The translations under genes and the position numbers were made by a program. Of a stretch of 64,000 nt of DNA, positions 9,467 to 19,029 are shown one piece after another. Below the pieces are notes generated by a model, which was given only the letters and a program-made list of their open reading frames with translations, did not search any database and had not been told where the DNA came from. This DNA is from Bryobacterales bacterium (GTDB lineage Bacteria; Acidobacteriota; Terriglobia; Bryobacterales; UBA6623). Each line of letters begins with the position of its first letter. Position 1 is the stretch's first letter. The DNA lies in assembly GCA_965219585.1 (NCBI GenBank), contig CBDCOA010000003.1, forward strand, positions 1,642,593-1,706,592, written 5' to 3'.

Positions 9467-11658
9467 CCGCCACCCTCTCCAGCCAAATGTGAGGCATCGC
9501 GCAATTCAATTCTCTGCGTGCCGAAAACGACCTTGATCGGATCGCCCGCGGACAAGGCCTCGTTGGGCCCGGGGAATTGCTGCTGGGCCAATCCGCTGCC
9601 GTGCGGTTCGATCGGGATGCCGTGCTGGGCTCCCAGCGCAAACACCTCGCGCATCGTTAGCCCCAGCACGTCGGGAGCCGTGAGCGACCCGCCGTACGGC
9701 TCCTGAGCGATAGTCGCTATCGCGACTGATTCTGGCTGCCGCGACACGTCCGCGGCCACAGTTTCGGCGGCGGGAGCCTCCCGCCATGCCGGCCCCGGCC
9801 CTGCCACGTTCCGGCCCGGAAAGATCGGCTCGTCCTCGACGTCATTGGCCCTGCCCTCGATGAAGTCCGCCAGCAGAACCGCGTCGACCTCGGCCGGCGG
9901 GCGCACGGGGAGCGCCGGGATCCGCGACGGCGGCACGTCCAAGACGCGCAGAGCCTGCCGCACGACGGTCGAGAACACCGGCGCCGCGATTCGTCCGCCG
10001 TAGTAGAACTGACCGCGCGGATCGAACAGCATCACCACGCCCACCACGGCCGGATTGTTGACTGGCGCGAATCCGCAGAAGCTGGCCATGTACATGCCGT
10101 CCATGTAAGAACGGGTGACCGGATTGATCATTTGCGCCGTACCGGTCTTGCCCGCCACGCGATAGCCCTGGATCTGCGCGAAGCGGCCGGTGCCGCTCTG
10201 GACCACCTGCTCCAGAATCGCCTGCATCGTCGCGGCGGTGTCCTGGCTGATCACGCGCTCGGCAGGCGATCTCTCTAGCGGCACTTCCTGCGTGCCGCTC
10301 GCCCGAATCGCGCGGACTATCCGGGGCTTGACCCGGACTCCCCCGTTGGCAATGGTCCCGAACAGGCCGGCCATCTGCACTGCGGTCACGCCGATTTCCT
10401 GTCCCATCGAAAGAGACGCCAGCGAGGCATCGGACCATCTCTCCAACGGCCGCACCAGCCCGTGGATCTCGCCCGGGAGGTTGACGCCGGTCTTGACGCC
10501 GAACCCGAAGCGGCGGATGTAGTCGTGCAACTTCTCCGACCCTACCCGGTAGCCGATCTTGATCGTGCCGATGTTGCTCGACTTCATCAGCACCTGCGGC
10601 ATCGTCAGAATTCCGTACGGGTGGTGGTCGCGGATCCGCCGACGGTCGATCCACATGCCACCCATCTCGCAATCGAACTCATCGTCGACGCTCACCAACC
10701 CCTCCTCCAAGGCCGCCGACGCGGTCAGGACTTTGAAGGTGGACCCTGGTTCGACCATGGCGCTGACCGCAAAGTTACGTAGATTCTCGAGATCCTCCTT
10801 GGTTCTCGACAGATCGTTGGGATCGAACCGCGGCCAGCTGGCCATGGCGAGGATTTCCCCGCTGTCAGGACGCATCAGGACAATCGTTCCCGACCGGGAC
10901 TTCGTTTCGCGCACCGCGCGTTCGAGTTCTAGGTCCGCCAGCGACTGCAACTCCAGATCGATGTTGAGCAGCACGTCGCTGCCGGGCTTGGGCGCTTGCA
11001 GCACTTGCCAGCCGTAGCGTCGCTGAAGAGCGTCGTATTGCATCAGGCCGCGTCCGGGCGTGCCGTGCAATTGGCCCTCGAACTTCTGCTCCAAGCCGGC
11101 TTGGCCGGTGTGGTCGATGCCTACGGTGCCCAGCACCTGGGCCGCCACCGAGCCATAGGGATAGTAGCGGCGGCTCTCTTGCTCGAACTGCAGGAAGTCC
11201 AGGCCCAGAGCTCGCGCCCGCTGCGCTTCGGCCAGGGTGACCGTGCGCTTGACCCACTGGAACCCGCCCCGCTCAATCCGCCTGCGCAGCGCATGCTCGT
11301 CCACGGCGACGGCCTCGGCCAGAGCGGCCGCCACAGCCGGTGGGTCGGACACGTGGTCGGAGAAGATCCCGATGGAGTCCATCTGCATGCTCAGGGCCAG
11401 CTCTCGCCCGCGGCGATCGATGAGATGCCCCCTGCGCGCGGGAATGTCCACGCTACCGACGTGCTGGCGCATCGCCTTGGCGTAGAGTTGTTCGTGCTGG
11501 AGGACCTGCAAGTCGACCAGCCTGGCGAGCACGAGCAGGAACCATCCCGCCGCGACGCAGGCCACGGCCAGCACGCGACGCCTGGTCCGCGAGCCGAGCA
11601 GCCGCCTTACAGACGCCGCAGCGCCGCCTGCCCACTGCCCTCTGACCACCAAGTTCAC
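9463..11658 (-). CDS. ftsI: Class B PBP FtsI/PBP3 with a probable C-terminal PASTA-like domain
   Basis: RRGHLIDR, EPGSTFK (SxxK), SSN, KTGTAQ; N-terminal TM. Confidence 0.96.
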   Translation of the reverse strand: MNLVVRGQWAGGAAASVRRLLGSRTRRRVLAVACVAAGWFLLVLARLVDLQVLQHEQLYAKAMRQHVGSVDIPARRGHLIDRRGRELALSMQMDSIGIFSDHVSDPPAVAAALAEAVAVDEHALRRRIERGGFQWVKRTVTLAEAQRARALGLDFLQFEQESRRYYPYGSVAAQVLGTVGIDHTGQAGLEQKFEGQLHGTPGRGLMQYDALQRRYGWQVLQAPKPGSDVLLNIDLELQSLADLELERAVRETKSRSGTIVLMRPDSGEILAMASWPRFDPNDLSRTKEDLENLRNFAVSAMVEPGSTFKVLTASAALEEGLVSVDDEFDCEMGGMWIDRRRIRDHHPYGILTMPQVLMKSSNIGTIKIGYRVGSEKLHDYIRRFGFGVKTGVNLPGEIHGLVRPLERWSDASLASLSMGQEIGVTAVQMAGLFGTIANGGVRVKPRIVRAIRASGTQEVPLERSPAERVISQDTAATMQAILEQVVQSGTGRFAQIQGYRVAGKTGTAQMINPVTRSYMDGMYMASFCGFAPVNNPAVVGVVMLFDPRGQFYYGGRIAAPVFSTVVRQALRVLDVPPSRIPALPVRPPAEVDAVLLADFIEGRANDVEDEPIFPGRNVAGPGPAWREAPAAETVAADVSRQPESVAIATIAQEPYGGSLTAPDVLGLTMREVFALGAQHGIPIEPHGSGLAQQQFPGPNEALSAGDPIKVVFGTQRIELRDASHLAGEGGG

Positions 11659-11735
11659 CGCCGGCTCTTTGCTTGCCCCCTATTGCCTCCAGCGCTCGGC
11701 ACGAATCGTTGGAATCCCGCCGCCTCGCTGAAAAA

Positions 11736-12275
11736 TCACTCGCCCGACCGCAGCAATCGTGCCACGGTCGCATCCGACTCGCCGTCTCCCGGCGGCAGCG
11801 CGAACCAGCTATAGCTGTCTGGCTCGGTCTGTCGCAGCCCCATCTGCTCGGCCAGCGCCGCGACCCGCCGCAGGTCCTCCAACCGCCCGCGCTGCATCTT
11901 CAGCTCGTCGCGCACGGCCTGCAACTGTCCCGCCCGCTGGCGGAGCGCCTCCTGCTTGTAGCCGGATTGGGTGACCAACCTCTGCGGCCCCCACAACAAG
12001 ATCGCCAGAACCAGCAGGAACAGGCAGAGGCTTAGACCGACGCGCCAGACTTCCCGGTCCCGCGGGTCATGCCTGTAGCGGATTCCGCTGTTGTCAATTC
12101 GCTTCGGGTACAGCGGCACGCCGCCGATCGACATCGACTGCGATTGGGCCGCTACAGGCCGGGTGACGCCGCCGGGCGCGGACTGGCTGGGCGTGGCGCG
12201 CTGCTTGGACACGCCACGCCGGCCATGGTGGGACTGCCGTCCCGGCGGCGCCTTCTTCGTTAGTACCTTCTCCAT
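11736..12275 (-). CDS. ftsL: FtsL-like bitopic coiled-coil protein
   Basis: Lies between rsmH and ftsI; single TM (VGLSLCLFLLVLAILLW) followed by a heptad-like helix. Confidence 0.7.
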   Translation of the reverse strand: MEKVLTKKAPPGRQSHHGRRGVSKQRATPSQSAPGGVTRPVAAQSQSMSIGGVPLYPKRIDNSGIRYRHDPRDREVWRVGLSLCLFLLVLAILLWGPQRLVTQSGYKQEALRQRAGQLQAVRDELKMQRGRLEDLRRVAALAEQMGLRQTEPDSYSWFALPPGDGESDATVARLLRSGE

Positions 12276-12293
12276 TGCTAACCGATCCTCTCT

Positions 12294-13202
12294 TTAGGCG
12301 GAAAACGCCATCTCCGTGCGCTGCACCGCTCGCAAGCGGGCGCTTCGGCTGGCTGGATTCCGTCGCACCTCTTCCTCGGACGGGCGCATGACCCGGCGCG
12401 TCAGAAGGCGATATATTCCGGCCTTGGCAAGCTGCCGGAAACTCTGCTTCACCAAGCGGTCTTCTCCGCTGTGAAAGCTCAACACGACGAACCGGCCGCC
12501 CGGAGCGAGCAGGCGCGGCACCTCGGCGAGCAGCTTGCCTAGCTCGCCAAGTTCGTCGTTCACTGCCATGCGCAGTGCCTGAAAAGTCTTGGTTGCGGGG
12601 TGGATGCGTCCGGCCGCGCTGCGCGGCACAGCCCCGGCGACGACCTCGGACAAGTGTGCGGTGTCGCGAATCGGACGCGCTCGGACCACGGCGCGGGCGA
12701 TGCGGCGGCTGAAGCGCTCGTCCGCCAGGCCGTACAGCGTGTCGGCCAGCTCGCCTTCGCCGCCCCGATTGACCAGCTCGTCGGCTTGCAGCTCCTGGCG
12801 GCGGTCGAAGCGCATGTCCAGCGGGCCGGGGTTCCGCAGGCTGAAGCCCCGGCGCCCATCGTCGAGCTGCAGGCGCGACAGGCCCAGATCCGCCAAGATC
12901 CCGGCCAGCGGCAGGCAGCCCTTGGCCGCCTGGGCCAGCTTGGAAAAGCCGCCGTGAAAATACCGCACCCGGCTCCCGAACTCCGACAGCTGCGCCCGGC
13001 AGCGCCGCAGGGCCTCCTCGTCCCGGTCGATCGCGATCAGCTTGCATCCGGCCGCCCGTTGCAGGATGCGCCGCGCGTGCCCGCCCGCTCCGGCAGTACA
13101 ATCGCAGTAGACCCCGCGGGGGATCGCGTCGCCTTGGCCGAACAGGTAGCGTTCCATCTCGTCTGCCATCACGGAGTAGTGTCCGAGACTTGCCTCCATC
13201 AC
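12294..13202 (-). CDS. rsmH: 16S rRNA m4C1402 methyltransferase
   Basis: DCTAGAGGHA, DLGLSRLQLD, PLDMRFD, HPATKTFQALR, SFHSGEDR. Confidence 0.98.
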   Translation of the reverse strand: MMEASLGHYSVMADEMERYLFGQGDAIPRGVYCDCTAGAGGHARRILQRAAGCKLIAIDRDEEALRRCRAQLSEFGSRVRYFHGGFSKLAQAAKGCLPLAGILADLGLSRLQLDDGRRGFSLRNPGPLDMRFDRRQELQADELVNRGGEGELADTLYGLADERFSRRIARAVVRARPIRDTAHLSEVVAGAVPRSAAGRIHPATKTFQALRMAVNDELGELGKLLAEVPRLLAPGGRFVVLSFHSGEDRLVKQSFRQLAKAGIYRLLTRRVMRPSEEEVRRNPASRSARLRAVQRTEMAFSA

Positions 13203-13681
13203 AGTCCCAACTTGTTCGCGCCGTAGGTCAGGTCGTCCGCCGTCGGCTTGTTGGACTCAACGCGCTGCTTGAAGGTCTCCTCGCGCCATACGACCAAGTG
13301 GTGGTTGCGCCACTGGATCTTGACCGGGCCGGTGAAATCCGTCTCGTCGCGCAGTGCCGCGGGCAACAGCAATCGGCCTTGGCCGTCGATATCCTCGGGC
13401 TTGCCGTAGTTGTTTGCCTGCATCAGAATCCTGTTGTTCGCTTGTCCATCGGTGGCGGCATCGCCCGAGGCCAACTGCTCCAGGATCTTGGCCCACTCCT
13501 CGGACGGAAAGACCTTGATCTCCTCGCCGTCCAGGCTTGTGACGAAGACGTCCGTGTCGGCGGCTGCACCGGGCGTGCGCTCGGCCGAGCCACAGCGCTC
13601 CCTGAGCTTGCGATACACCGATGCCGACAGCTTCAGCCGGCCCTTGGCGTCGACTCTGCCTGTCTCCGTGCCCCAGAACAT
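13199..13681 (-). CDS. mraZ: dcw transcriptional repressor MraZ
   Basis: Two DxxGR motifs (VDAKGRL, IDGQGRL); first gene of the cluster. Confidence 0.93.
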   Translation of the reverse strand: MFWGTETGRVDAKGRLKLSASVYRKLRERCGSAERTPGAAADTDVFVTSLDGEEIKVFPSEEWAKILEQLASGDAATDGQANNRILMQANNYGKPEDIDGQGRLLLPAALRDETDFTGPVKIQWRNHHLVVWREETFKQRVESNKPTADDLTYGANKLGL

Positions 13682-13749
13682 CGCGCGATCAGCCTCGTGG
13701 AGGGAGGCGAGCGTGTTCCGCAGGTTCCAACCGCATCAGCGGGCAAGTT

Positions 13750-13793
13750 CCCATTTGGACCACTTTGCTCTACTCCTAACCACTTTCGACCAC
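13750..13793 (-). promoter_or_regulatory. MraZ-binding repeats
   Basis: Minus-strand GTGG/GTAG/TGGG boxes in exact 10-bp phase (+ strand CCCA 13750, CCAC 13760, CTAC 13770, CCAC 13780, CCAC 13790). Confidence 0.8.
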
Positions 13794-13796
13794 AAC

Positions 13797-13826
13797 ATTA
13801 TCGGAAGCGCAAAATCCCTCTGTCAA
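13797..13826 (-). promoter_or_regulatory. sigma70-type promoter of the dcw operon
   Basis: TTGACA (13826-13821), 18-nt spacer, GATAAT (13802-13797), directly upstream of the MraZ boxes. Confidence 0.8.
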
Positions 13827-14054
13827 GGCCAAATCCCAAAGAAAATTCGGCGCCGTGAAGATTTACTAGATATTGGGTGCAATTGACGCCAAACGCCTAT
13901 CAGTAGTACATCTTGTACGCTCAAGCTAGAGTCGAACCCTAGGCTCGGGCCCGGAGCACGACGCCGCGAGGCCCGGCATTGACTATTTGCGACAATGTGG
14001 GCGGCGCATCGAGGCTATTCCAGACCATCGGCGCAGAAGGAGGATCCGACCACC

Positions 14055-14819
14055 ATGAAGCTGGGCCTAGTCACATACAACGTCGGTCGCGACTGGGACA
14101 TCGAGACCATCATCAAGCAGCTCGAGGCGGCGCGCTTCGAAGCTGTCGAACTGCGCAGCACCCATCGCCACGGAGTGGAACCGGGGCTGCCGCAAGCGGA
14201 GGTCGAGCGCGTCCGCTCGCGCTTCCAGAACAGCCGGGTGCGGCTGCTGAGCCTGGGCTCGGCCTGTGAGTTCCACTCTCCCGACGAGGCCGAGCGGCGG
14301 GCGAACGTGGAGCAGACCGCCGGCTTCGTCGAACTCGCGCACGACCTAGGCTGCTGGGGCGTCAAGGTGCGCCCGAACGGGCTGCCGGAGGGAGTGCCCC
14401 ACGATGTGACGATCCGCCGGATTGGCGAGGCGCTGCAGACGTGCGGCGAGCACGCGCTGCGTTACGGGATCGAAATCTGGGTCGAGGTCCACGGCCGCCA
14501 GACCCAGCAACCCGAAGTCATGCGGCAGATCATGGACGCCTGCGGCCACCCGTCGGTCGGGATCTGCTGGAACTCGAATCCGACCGATATCCGCAACGGG
14601 ACCATCAAGCCGGCCTTCGACCTGCTCAAGGACTTCATCCGCAACGTCCATATCGTCGACCTGCCCGACTACCCGCACCGCGAGCTGTTCCAGCTCCTGG
14701 CTTCGATCAACTACGACCGATACACTCTCGTCGAGGCAGCGCAAAGCTGCGAGCCGGAGCGCTACCTGCGCTTCTACCGGGCCCTTTGGCAGGAGCTGGC
14801 GGGCGACGGCCGAGCCTGA
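14055..14819 (+). CDS. Sugar-phosphate isomerase/epimerase family TIM barrel (xylose-isomerase-like)
   Basis: FEAVELR, VELAHDLGC, IWVEVHG, NVHIVD, LVE metal-ligand pattern; start at MKLGLVTY. Confidence 0.8.
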   Translation: MKLGLVTYNVGRDWDIETIIKQLEAARFEAVELRSTHRHGVEPGLPQAEVERVRSRFQNSRVRLLSLGSACEFHSPDEAERRANVEQTAGFVELAHDLGCWGVKVRPNGLPEGVPHDVTIRRIGEALQTCGEHALRYGIEIWVEVHGRQTQQPEVMRQIMDACGHPSVGICWNSNPTDIRNGTIKPAFDLLKDFIRNVHIVDLPDYPHRELFQLLASINYDRYTLVEAAQSCEPERYLRFYRALWQELAGDGRA

Positions 14820-14835
14820 TTGCGCGCTGCGAGGG

Positions 14836-15255
14836 TCAGTTCGGCGCGAAATTGATCGTCGGAGGATCCAACTCGATCCACAGCGGATCGCCGTTGGCGC
14901 CGTTGATGGTGTAGCGCAAGATCACGCCGCCGGGCTGGGTGTAGGAGCGGCCTAGCGAGTAGTGCGAAAGCTCCCCGAACGGCGCTTCCGGCCCCCAGTC
15001 TTCCAAGAACTCCTCGTATGGGTAATAGCGGCAGGGCTCCTCGACAGAACAGCCCCACATGCGGTAGGCGTCCTCGTAGCGGCGCTCCTGGAGCAGCTCG
15101 AAGAAAGCCGTCGCCTGGCGCTCCTCCTGCCAGTTGCGGAAGAACATGTAGTAGAACCCGCCCAGCAGCGCCGCCGCCGCCAAGGCGATCAGCACGGCCT
15201 TGACGATGCGCTCGAACAGAACACTCTGGCTGCCGTAGGCACCTAGGTATTCCAT
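14836..15255 (-). CDS. Hypothetical membrane-anchored protein
   Basis: Single TM, then a soluble domain with a WGCSVEEPC Cys pair; 17 bp downstream of skp, same strand. Confidence 0.7.
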   Translation of the reverse strand: MEYLGAYGSQSVLFERIVKAVLIALAAAALLGGFYYMFFRNWQEERQATAFFELLQERRYEDAYRMWGCSVEEPCRYYPYEEFLEDWGPEAPFGELSHYSLGRSYTQPGGVILRYTINGANGDPLWIELDPPTINFAPN

Positions 15256-15272
15256 GTGAGCGGAGCGGGCAA

Positions 15273-15800
15273 TCAGTTGGCCGGGTGCTTGGCGTCGTAG
15301 GCCTGCGTGGCTTCGGCGGTCAGGTCGATCAAGGGATCGCTGGCCAGCACGCCCGAACTGTCGACGATCAGGTCGAAGCCCTTCTCCGCGCGCAAGCCCT
15401 GGACGATTTCCCGCATGCGGCCGCTGGCGGCGGTGAGGATGTTCTGACGGTCGAACTCGACATCGGACTGGAGGTCCTCCGTCAGCCGCTGGGCCCTGAC
15501 CTGCTTGCGCTGGCCCTCGGCCTGCAGCTGCGCCAGCTCGGCTCCGGCGGCACCTTGGATCTTGGCCTGCAGCTCTTGCAGCTCCGCCGAGAGCGTGTTC
15601 AGCTCCTCCTGGCGGTCCTGGTATTTGGCTTCGAGCGCCGCCGATTCCTTCTGCATGTCAGCGGTCGAGAGCAATGCCTCCTGGAAGTTGATGACAGCCA
15701 CCTTCGCCTGGGCTGCCAGCTGGCTCGGCCAAGCGCAAAGCAACGCAGCCGGTACCAGCAGGAAGGCTCGCATTCGCATAGGATTCCATCGTTGCAACAT
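15273..15800 (-). CDS. skp: OmpH/Skp periplasmic chaperone
   Basis: Signal peptide, KVAVINFQEAL, long coiled coil, GFDLIVD...DLT. Confidence 0.9.
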   Translation of the reverse strand: MLQRWNPMRMRAFLLVPAALLCAWPSQLAAQAKVAVINFQEALLSTADMQKESAALEAKYQDRQEELNTLSAELQELQAKIQGAAGAELAQLQAEGQRKQVRAQRLTEDLQSDVEFDRQNILTAASGRMREIVQGLRAEKGFDLIVDSSGVLASDPLIDLTAEATQAYDAKHPAN

Positions 15801-15915
15801 GGTCGGTGTTCCTCGAATCCCTATTTTGGCATGCCGAGCATGCTCGATTCCACAGGGCCGCCGCGTCCCCGCGCCCGCAGTCCGTTCGGCCGGGCTAGAC
15901 GGGCGGTGGCGGCGA

Positions 15916-17214
15916 TCAAGGCGAAAGGAACTGGCGCGCCAGGTCGTTGTACATCACGACCCCGAACAGGATGATGATGAAGAGCAACCCGGCCTGCGTG
16001 ATGCGCTGCCTGACCTTCATGCTCACGTCGCGCCGCAGCATGGATTCGACGAAAAGCAGCAAGATCTGACCGCCGTCGAGGACCGGCACGGGCGCGAGAT
16101 TGATGACCCCGAGGTTGACGCTGATCAATGCCATGAACTGGACCAAGGCGGCGAGCCCAAAGGACGCCGCGGCCTGGGTGTGCTCGTAGATCCCGACCGG
16201 CCCTTCTAGGTTCGTCACGGCCATGTCGCCCGTGACCAGCTTGCCGAGAGATCGGAAGATGATGCTGGCGAACCCCAGATTCTCCTCGACCGACACGCCG
16301 ACAGCGGCGCCGAAGGACAGCTCCTCTTCGATCCGCTCGCGGATGGGCCGCATTACGATCCCGAGCCGCCATCCTTCCTCGTGCTCTGCCGGCCGAAGTT
16401 CCAGAGACCGCCGCTCGCCCTCCCGCTCGATTTCGAGCAGCAACGGTTTCCCGTCCGAACCGCCAACGATCTCGGCGACTTGCTCCACGGCGATGATCTC
16501 GGACCCGTCGATGCTCGCAAGCACGTCGCCGACCTCGATCCCGGAGCTGGCCGCCGGCGACCCCGGGACCAGCTCGACCAATTCCACCCGATGGGCCGCG
16601 CTCCACCCGGGGTCGGGGACCCCGCGCTCCCCCTGCATCTCGGGAATCGTGATGCGGGTGTCCAGCTCGGCGCCGCCTCGCTCCACCGTCAAGGTCGCCT
16701 CGTTGTCCTGAACGAGCGTCGAAGCGACGATCAAATCCTTCCAAGTCGGCGTCTCCACGCCGTCGATCGAGCGAACCACGTCATTGGTCCGAATCGCGGC
16801 GCGATCCGCCGCCGAACCAGGCCTGACGTAGCCGATCCGGGCGGCTTCCTCCAAGTAAGCGGCCCGCGAGTACTCGTGCATGTAGACGCCGGCCAGAAGG
16901 CCGATCGCGAGGATGAAGTTGAAGGCAGGGCCGGCAGCGAGGATGATCAGGCGCTGCCAGCGCGGCTTCGCCGAGAACCCGTCTGGTTCGTAGACTGCTT
17001 CGTCGGACAGGGCATGGCCGGCCATCTTCACGTAGCCGCCTAGCGGCAGCAGGCAAACCTTGAAGTCCGTGCCGTTGTGGTCGAATCCCAGCAGCTTGGG
17101 GCCGAAACCGATCGAAAACCTCTCGACCTTGACTCCGAAGTATCGAGCCGCCAAGTAGTGCCCCAGCTCGTGAAACACCACCAAGACGCTCAGGACGAGG
17201 ATGAAATTGACCAT
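15916..17214 (-). CDS. rseP: RIP metalloprotease RseP with two PDZ domains
   Basis: HELGH, FSIGFGP, LPLGGYVKM, AGPAFN, NLAPVPVLDGG. Confidence 0.96.
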   Translation of the reverse strand: MVNFILVLSVLVVFHELGHYLAARYFGVKVERFSIGFGPKLLGFDHNGTDFKVCLLPLGGYVKMAGHALSDEAVYEPDGFSAKPRWQRLIILAAGPAFNFILAIGLLAGVYMHEYSRAAYLEEAARIGYVRPGSAADRAAIRTNDVVRSIDGVETPTWKDLIVASTLVQDNEATLTVERGGAELDTRITIPEMQGERGVPDPGWSAAHRVELVELVPGSPAASSGIEVGDVLASIDGSEIIAVEQVAEIVGGSDGKPLLLEIEREGERRSLELRPAEHEEGWRLGIVMRPIRERIEEELSFGAAVGVSVEENLGFASIIFRSLGKLVTGDMAVTNLEGPVGIYEHTQAAASFGLAALVQFMALISVNLGVINLAPVPVLDGGQILLLFVESMLRRDVSMKVRQRITQAGLLFIIILFGVVMYNDLARQFLSP

Positions 17215-17230
17215 TAGGCGACTCCCAGCC

Positions 17231-18424
17231 TCAGGCCGGCACCTGACCTACGCGGGCCGGGGGCGCGCAATTCTCGACCAAGGCCGTCGCGTAGGCGCGG
17301 GCCTCGCGGTCGCACTCCATGACGTCCTCGATTCCGGAAACCGGCCGCGCCGCGCCCCACTCCAAGGTCCGCTCGACCACACCATGAATGTCCAAGTAGG
17401 CGATCCGGCCCGCCAAGAAAGCCCCTACGGCCACCTCGTCGGCCGCGTTGAGCAGGCAGCCGGACGGGCCACCCGCGCGCAAGGCTTCATACGCTAGCGC
17501 CAGCAGCGGGAACTTCGAAAGGTCAGGCGCCTCGAAGTCCAATTGTGGCACGCTGCCCCAGTCCATGCGCTCGCGCGGACTGGGTTCCCGCTCCGGGAAT
17601 GTCAAGGCGTAGCGGATCGGCAGCTTCATGTCAGGCGGGCTCAGCTGCGCAATCATCGAGCCGTCCACGAATTCGACCATGGCATGCACGATCGATTGCG
17701 GATGCACGACCACCTCCACCCGCTCCGGCGGCAGGGCGAACAGGTGGCAGGCCTCGATGACCTCAAAGCCCTTGTTCATCATCGTGGCCGAGTCAACGGT
17801 GATCCGACTGCCCATGTTCCATGTCGGGTGGCGCAGGGCGCTGGCCGGCGTGACATGCGCCAGCTGCTCCACGGGCGTGCTGCGGAAGGGGCCGCCGGAA
17901 GCGGTCAGGATGATCCGCTCCACTTCGTCGGGCCGTCCGGCTCGCAAGCACTGTTGGATCGCGTTGTGCTCGCTATCGACCGGCAACAGGTACGCGCCGG
18001 ACTCCCGGGCGGCCTGCATCACGGCCTCCCCGGCGGCCACAAGCACCTCCTTGTTGGCCAGGGCGACGCGCCGGCCGTCTCGCACCGCCGCGTACGTCGC
18101 CGCCAGGCCGGCGACCCCGACCGCGGCCGAGACCAACACGTCGGAGTCGATCCCGACCGCGGCCTCGTGGTTCCCGTCGGGCCCGCACACGCAGCGCGGA
18201 GAATAGCCCGGAATCCCCGCGACGCTGTCGCGCAACACTGCGAGAGACGCCTGGTCGGCCACCGACAGCAGGCGCGGCCGAAATTCGGCAGCCTGGCGCG
18301 CAAGTTCGGCGACGTTGCGCCCGGCGGCAAGCGCGACCACCTCGACCTCGCTGTCGATCTCGCGCACCACCTGCAGGGTGTTGCGCCCGATCGAGCCGGT
18401 GGATCCAAGCAACGCGAGCCGCAT
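17231..18424 (-). CDS. dxr: 1-deoxy-D-xylulose-5-phosphate reductoisomerase
   Basis: LGSTGSIG, LANKE, PVDSEHNA, TASGGPF, HPTWNMG, DSATMMNKGFE. Confidence 0.98.
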   Translation of the reverse strand: MRLALLGSTGSIGRNTLQVVREIDSEVEVVALAAGRNVAELARQAAEFRPRLLSVADQASLAVLRDSVAGIPGYSPRCVCGPDGNHEAAVGIDSDVLVSAAVGVAGLAATYAAVRDGRRVALANKEVLVAAGEAVMQAARESGAYLLPVDSEHNAIQQCLRAGRPDEVERIILTASGGPFRSTPVEQLAHVTPASALRHPTWNMGSRITVDSATMMNKGFEVIEACHLFALPPERVEVVVHPQSIVHAMVEFVDGSMIAQLSPPDMKLPIRYALTFPEREPSPRERMDWGSVPQLDFEAPDLSKFPLLALAYEALRAGGPSGCLLNAADEVAVGAFLAGRIAYLDIHGVVERTLEWGAARPVSGIEDVMECDREARAYATALVENCAPPARVGQVPA

Positions 18425-18472
18425 CAGGGCTGCACCCCAGGCGCCGCATCCCGCCGACTTGGCATGCCAAGG

Positions 18473-19015
18473 CTAGCCGGGGTCATGGCACAGATCGCAG
18501 TCGTTCGGCGCATTGTTGCGAGCGTGGCATTCCATGCAGGCTGCCATCGTGGTGGGCTTCTCTTGGAACAGGACCTCGCGCTGCGCCACCGGACCGTGGC
18601 ACGTCTCGCACTCGACGCTGGCGTCTTCCACGTGCGAGGCGTGCGAGAACCAGACGAAGTCCGGCACTCGGTAGATCCGGTTCCAGGGCACGGCTGTGCC
18701 CTCGGCGTTGAGCTTGGCCAGCAGTTGGATGTGCGGGCTATCGGTCTTGATCGACGCATGACAGGCCATGCAGGTTGCCTCCGCGGGATAGCCGGCGGCA
18801 AAGCCGGGATCCGCGATGGCATGACAGTCGCGGCACTGGATGCCCAGCGCGACATGCGTCTTGTGGCTATACGGCAGGGGCTGTTCGACTGGCACGGGCG
18901 CGGGCTGCTCGTCGGCCGGAGCTGCGGGTTCCTGGGGAAAGCCCTGCGGCACCGCTGCCAACGCCAAGCCCAGCGGCAGGGCGCAGATTCGCGCTAGGAG
19001 CTCAGCGGTACTCAT
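18473..19015 (-). CDS. Periplasmic pentaheme c-type cytochrome (ActA/c7-like)
   Basis: Signal peptide; CRDCH, CMACH, CETCH, CMECH, CDLCH; QPLPYSHKTH and WNRIYRVPDFVWFSHASH. Confidence 0.88.
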   Translation of the reverse strand: MSTAELLARICALPLGLALAAVPQGFPQEPAAPADEQPAPVPVEQPLPYSHKTHVALGIQCRDCHAIADPGFAAGYPAEATCMACHASIKTDSPHIQLLAKLNAEGTAVPWNRIYRVPDFVWFSHASHVEDASVECETCHGPVAQREVLFQEKPTTMAACMECHARNNAPNDCDLCHDPG

Positions 19016-19029
19016 TCGGCGCCTCTCGG

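Noticed and set aside
13883-13911. Divergent promoter for the isomerase gene
   Set aside because: TTGACG is present but there is no convincing -10 at 16-18-nt spacing
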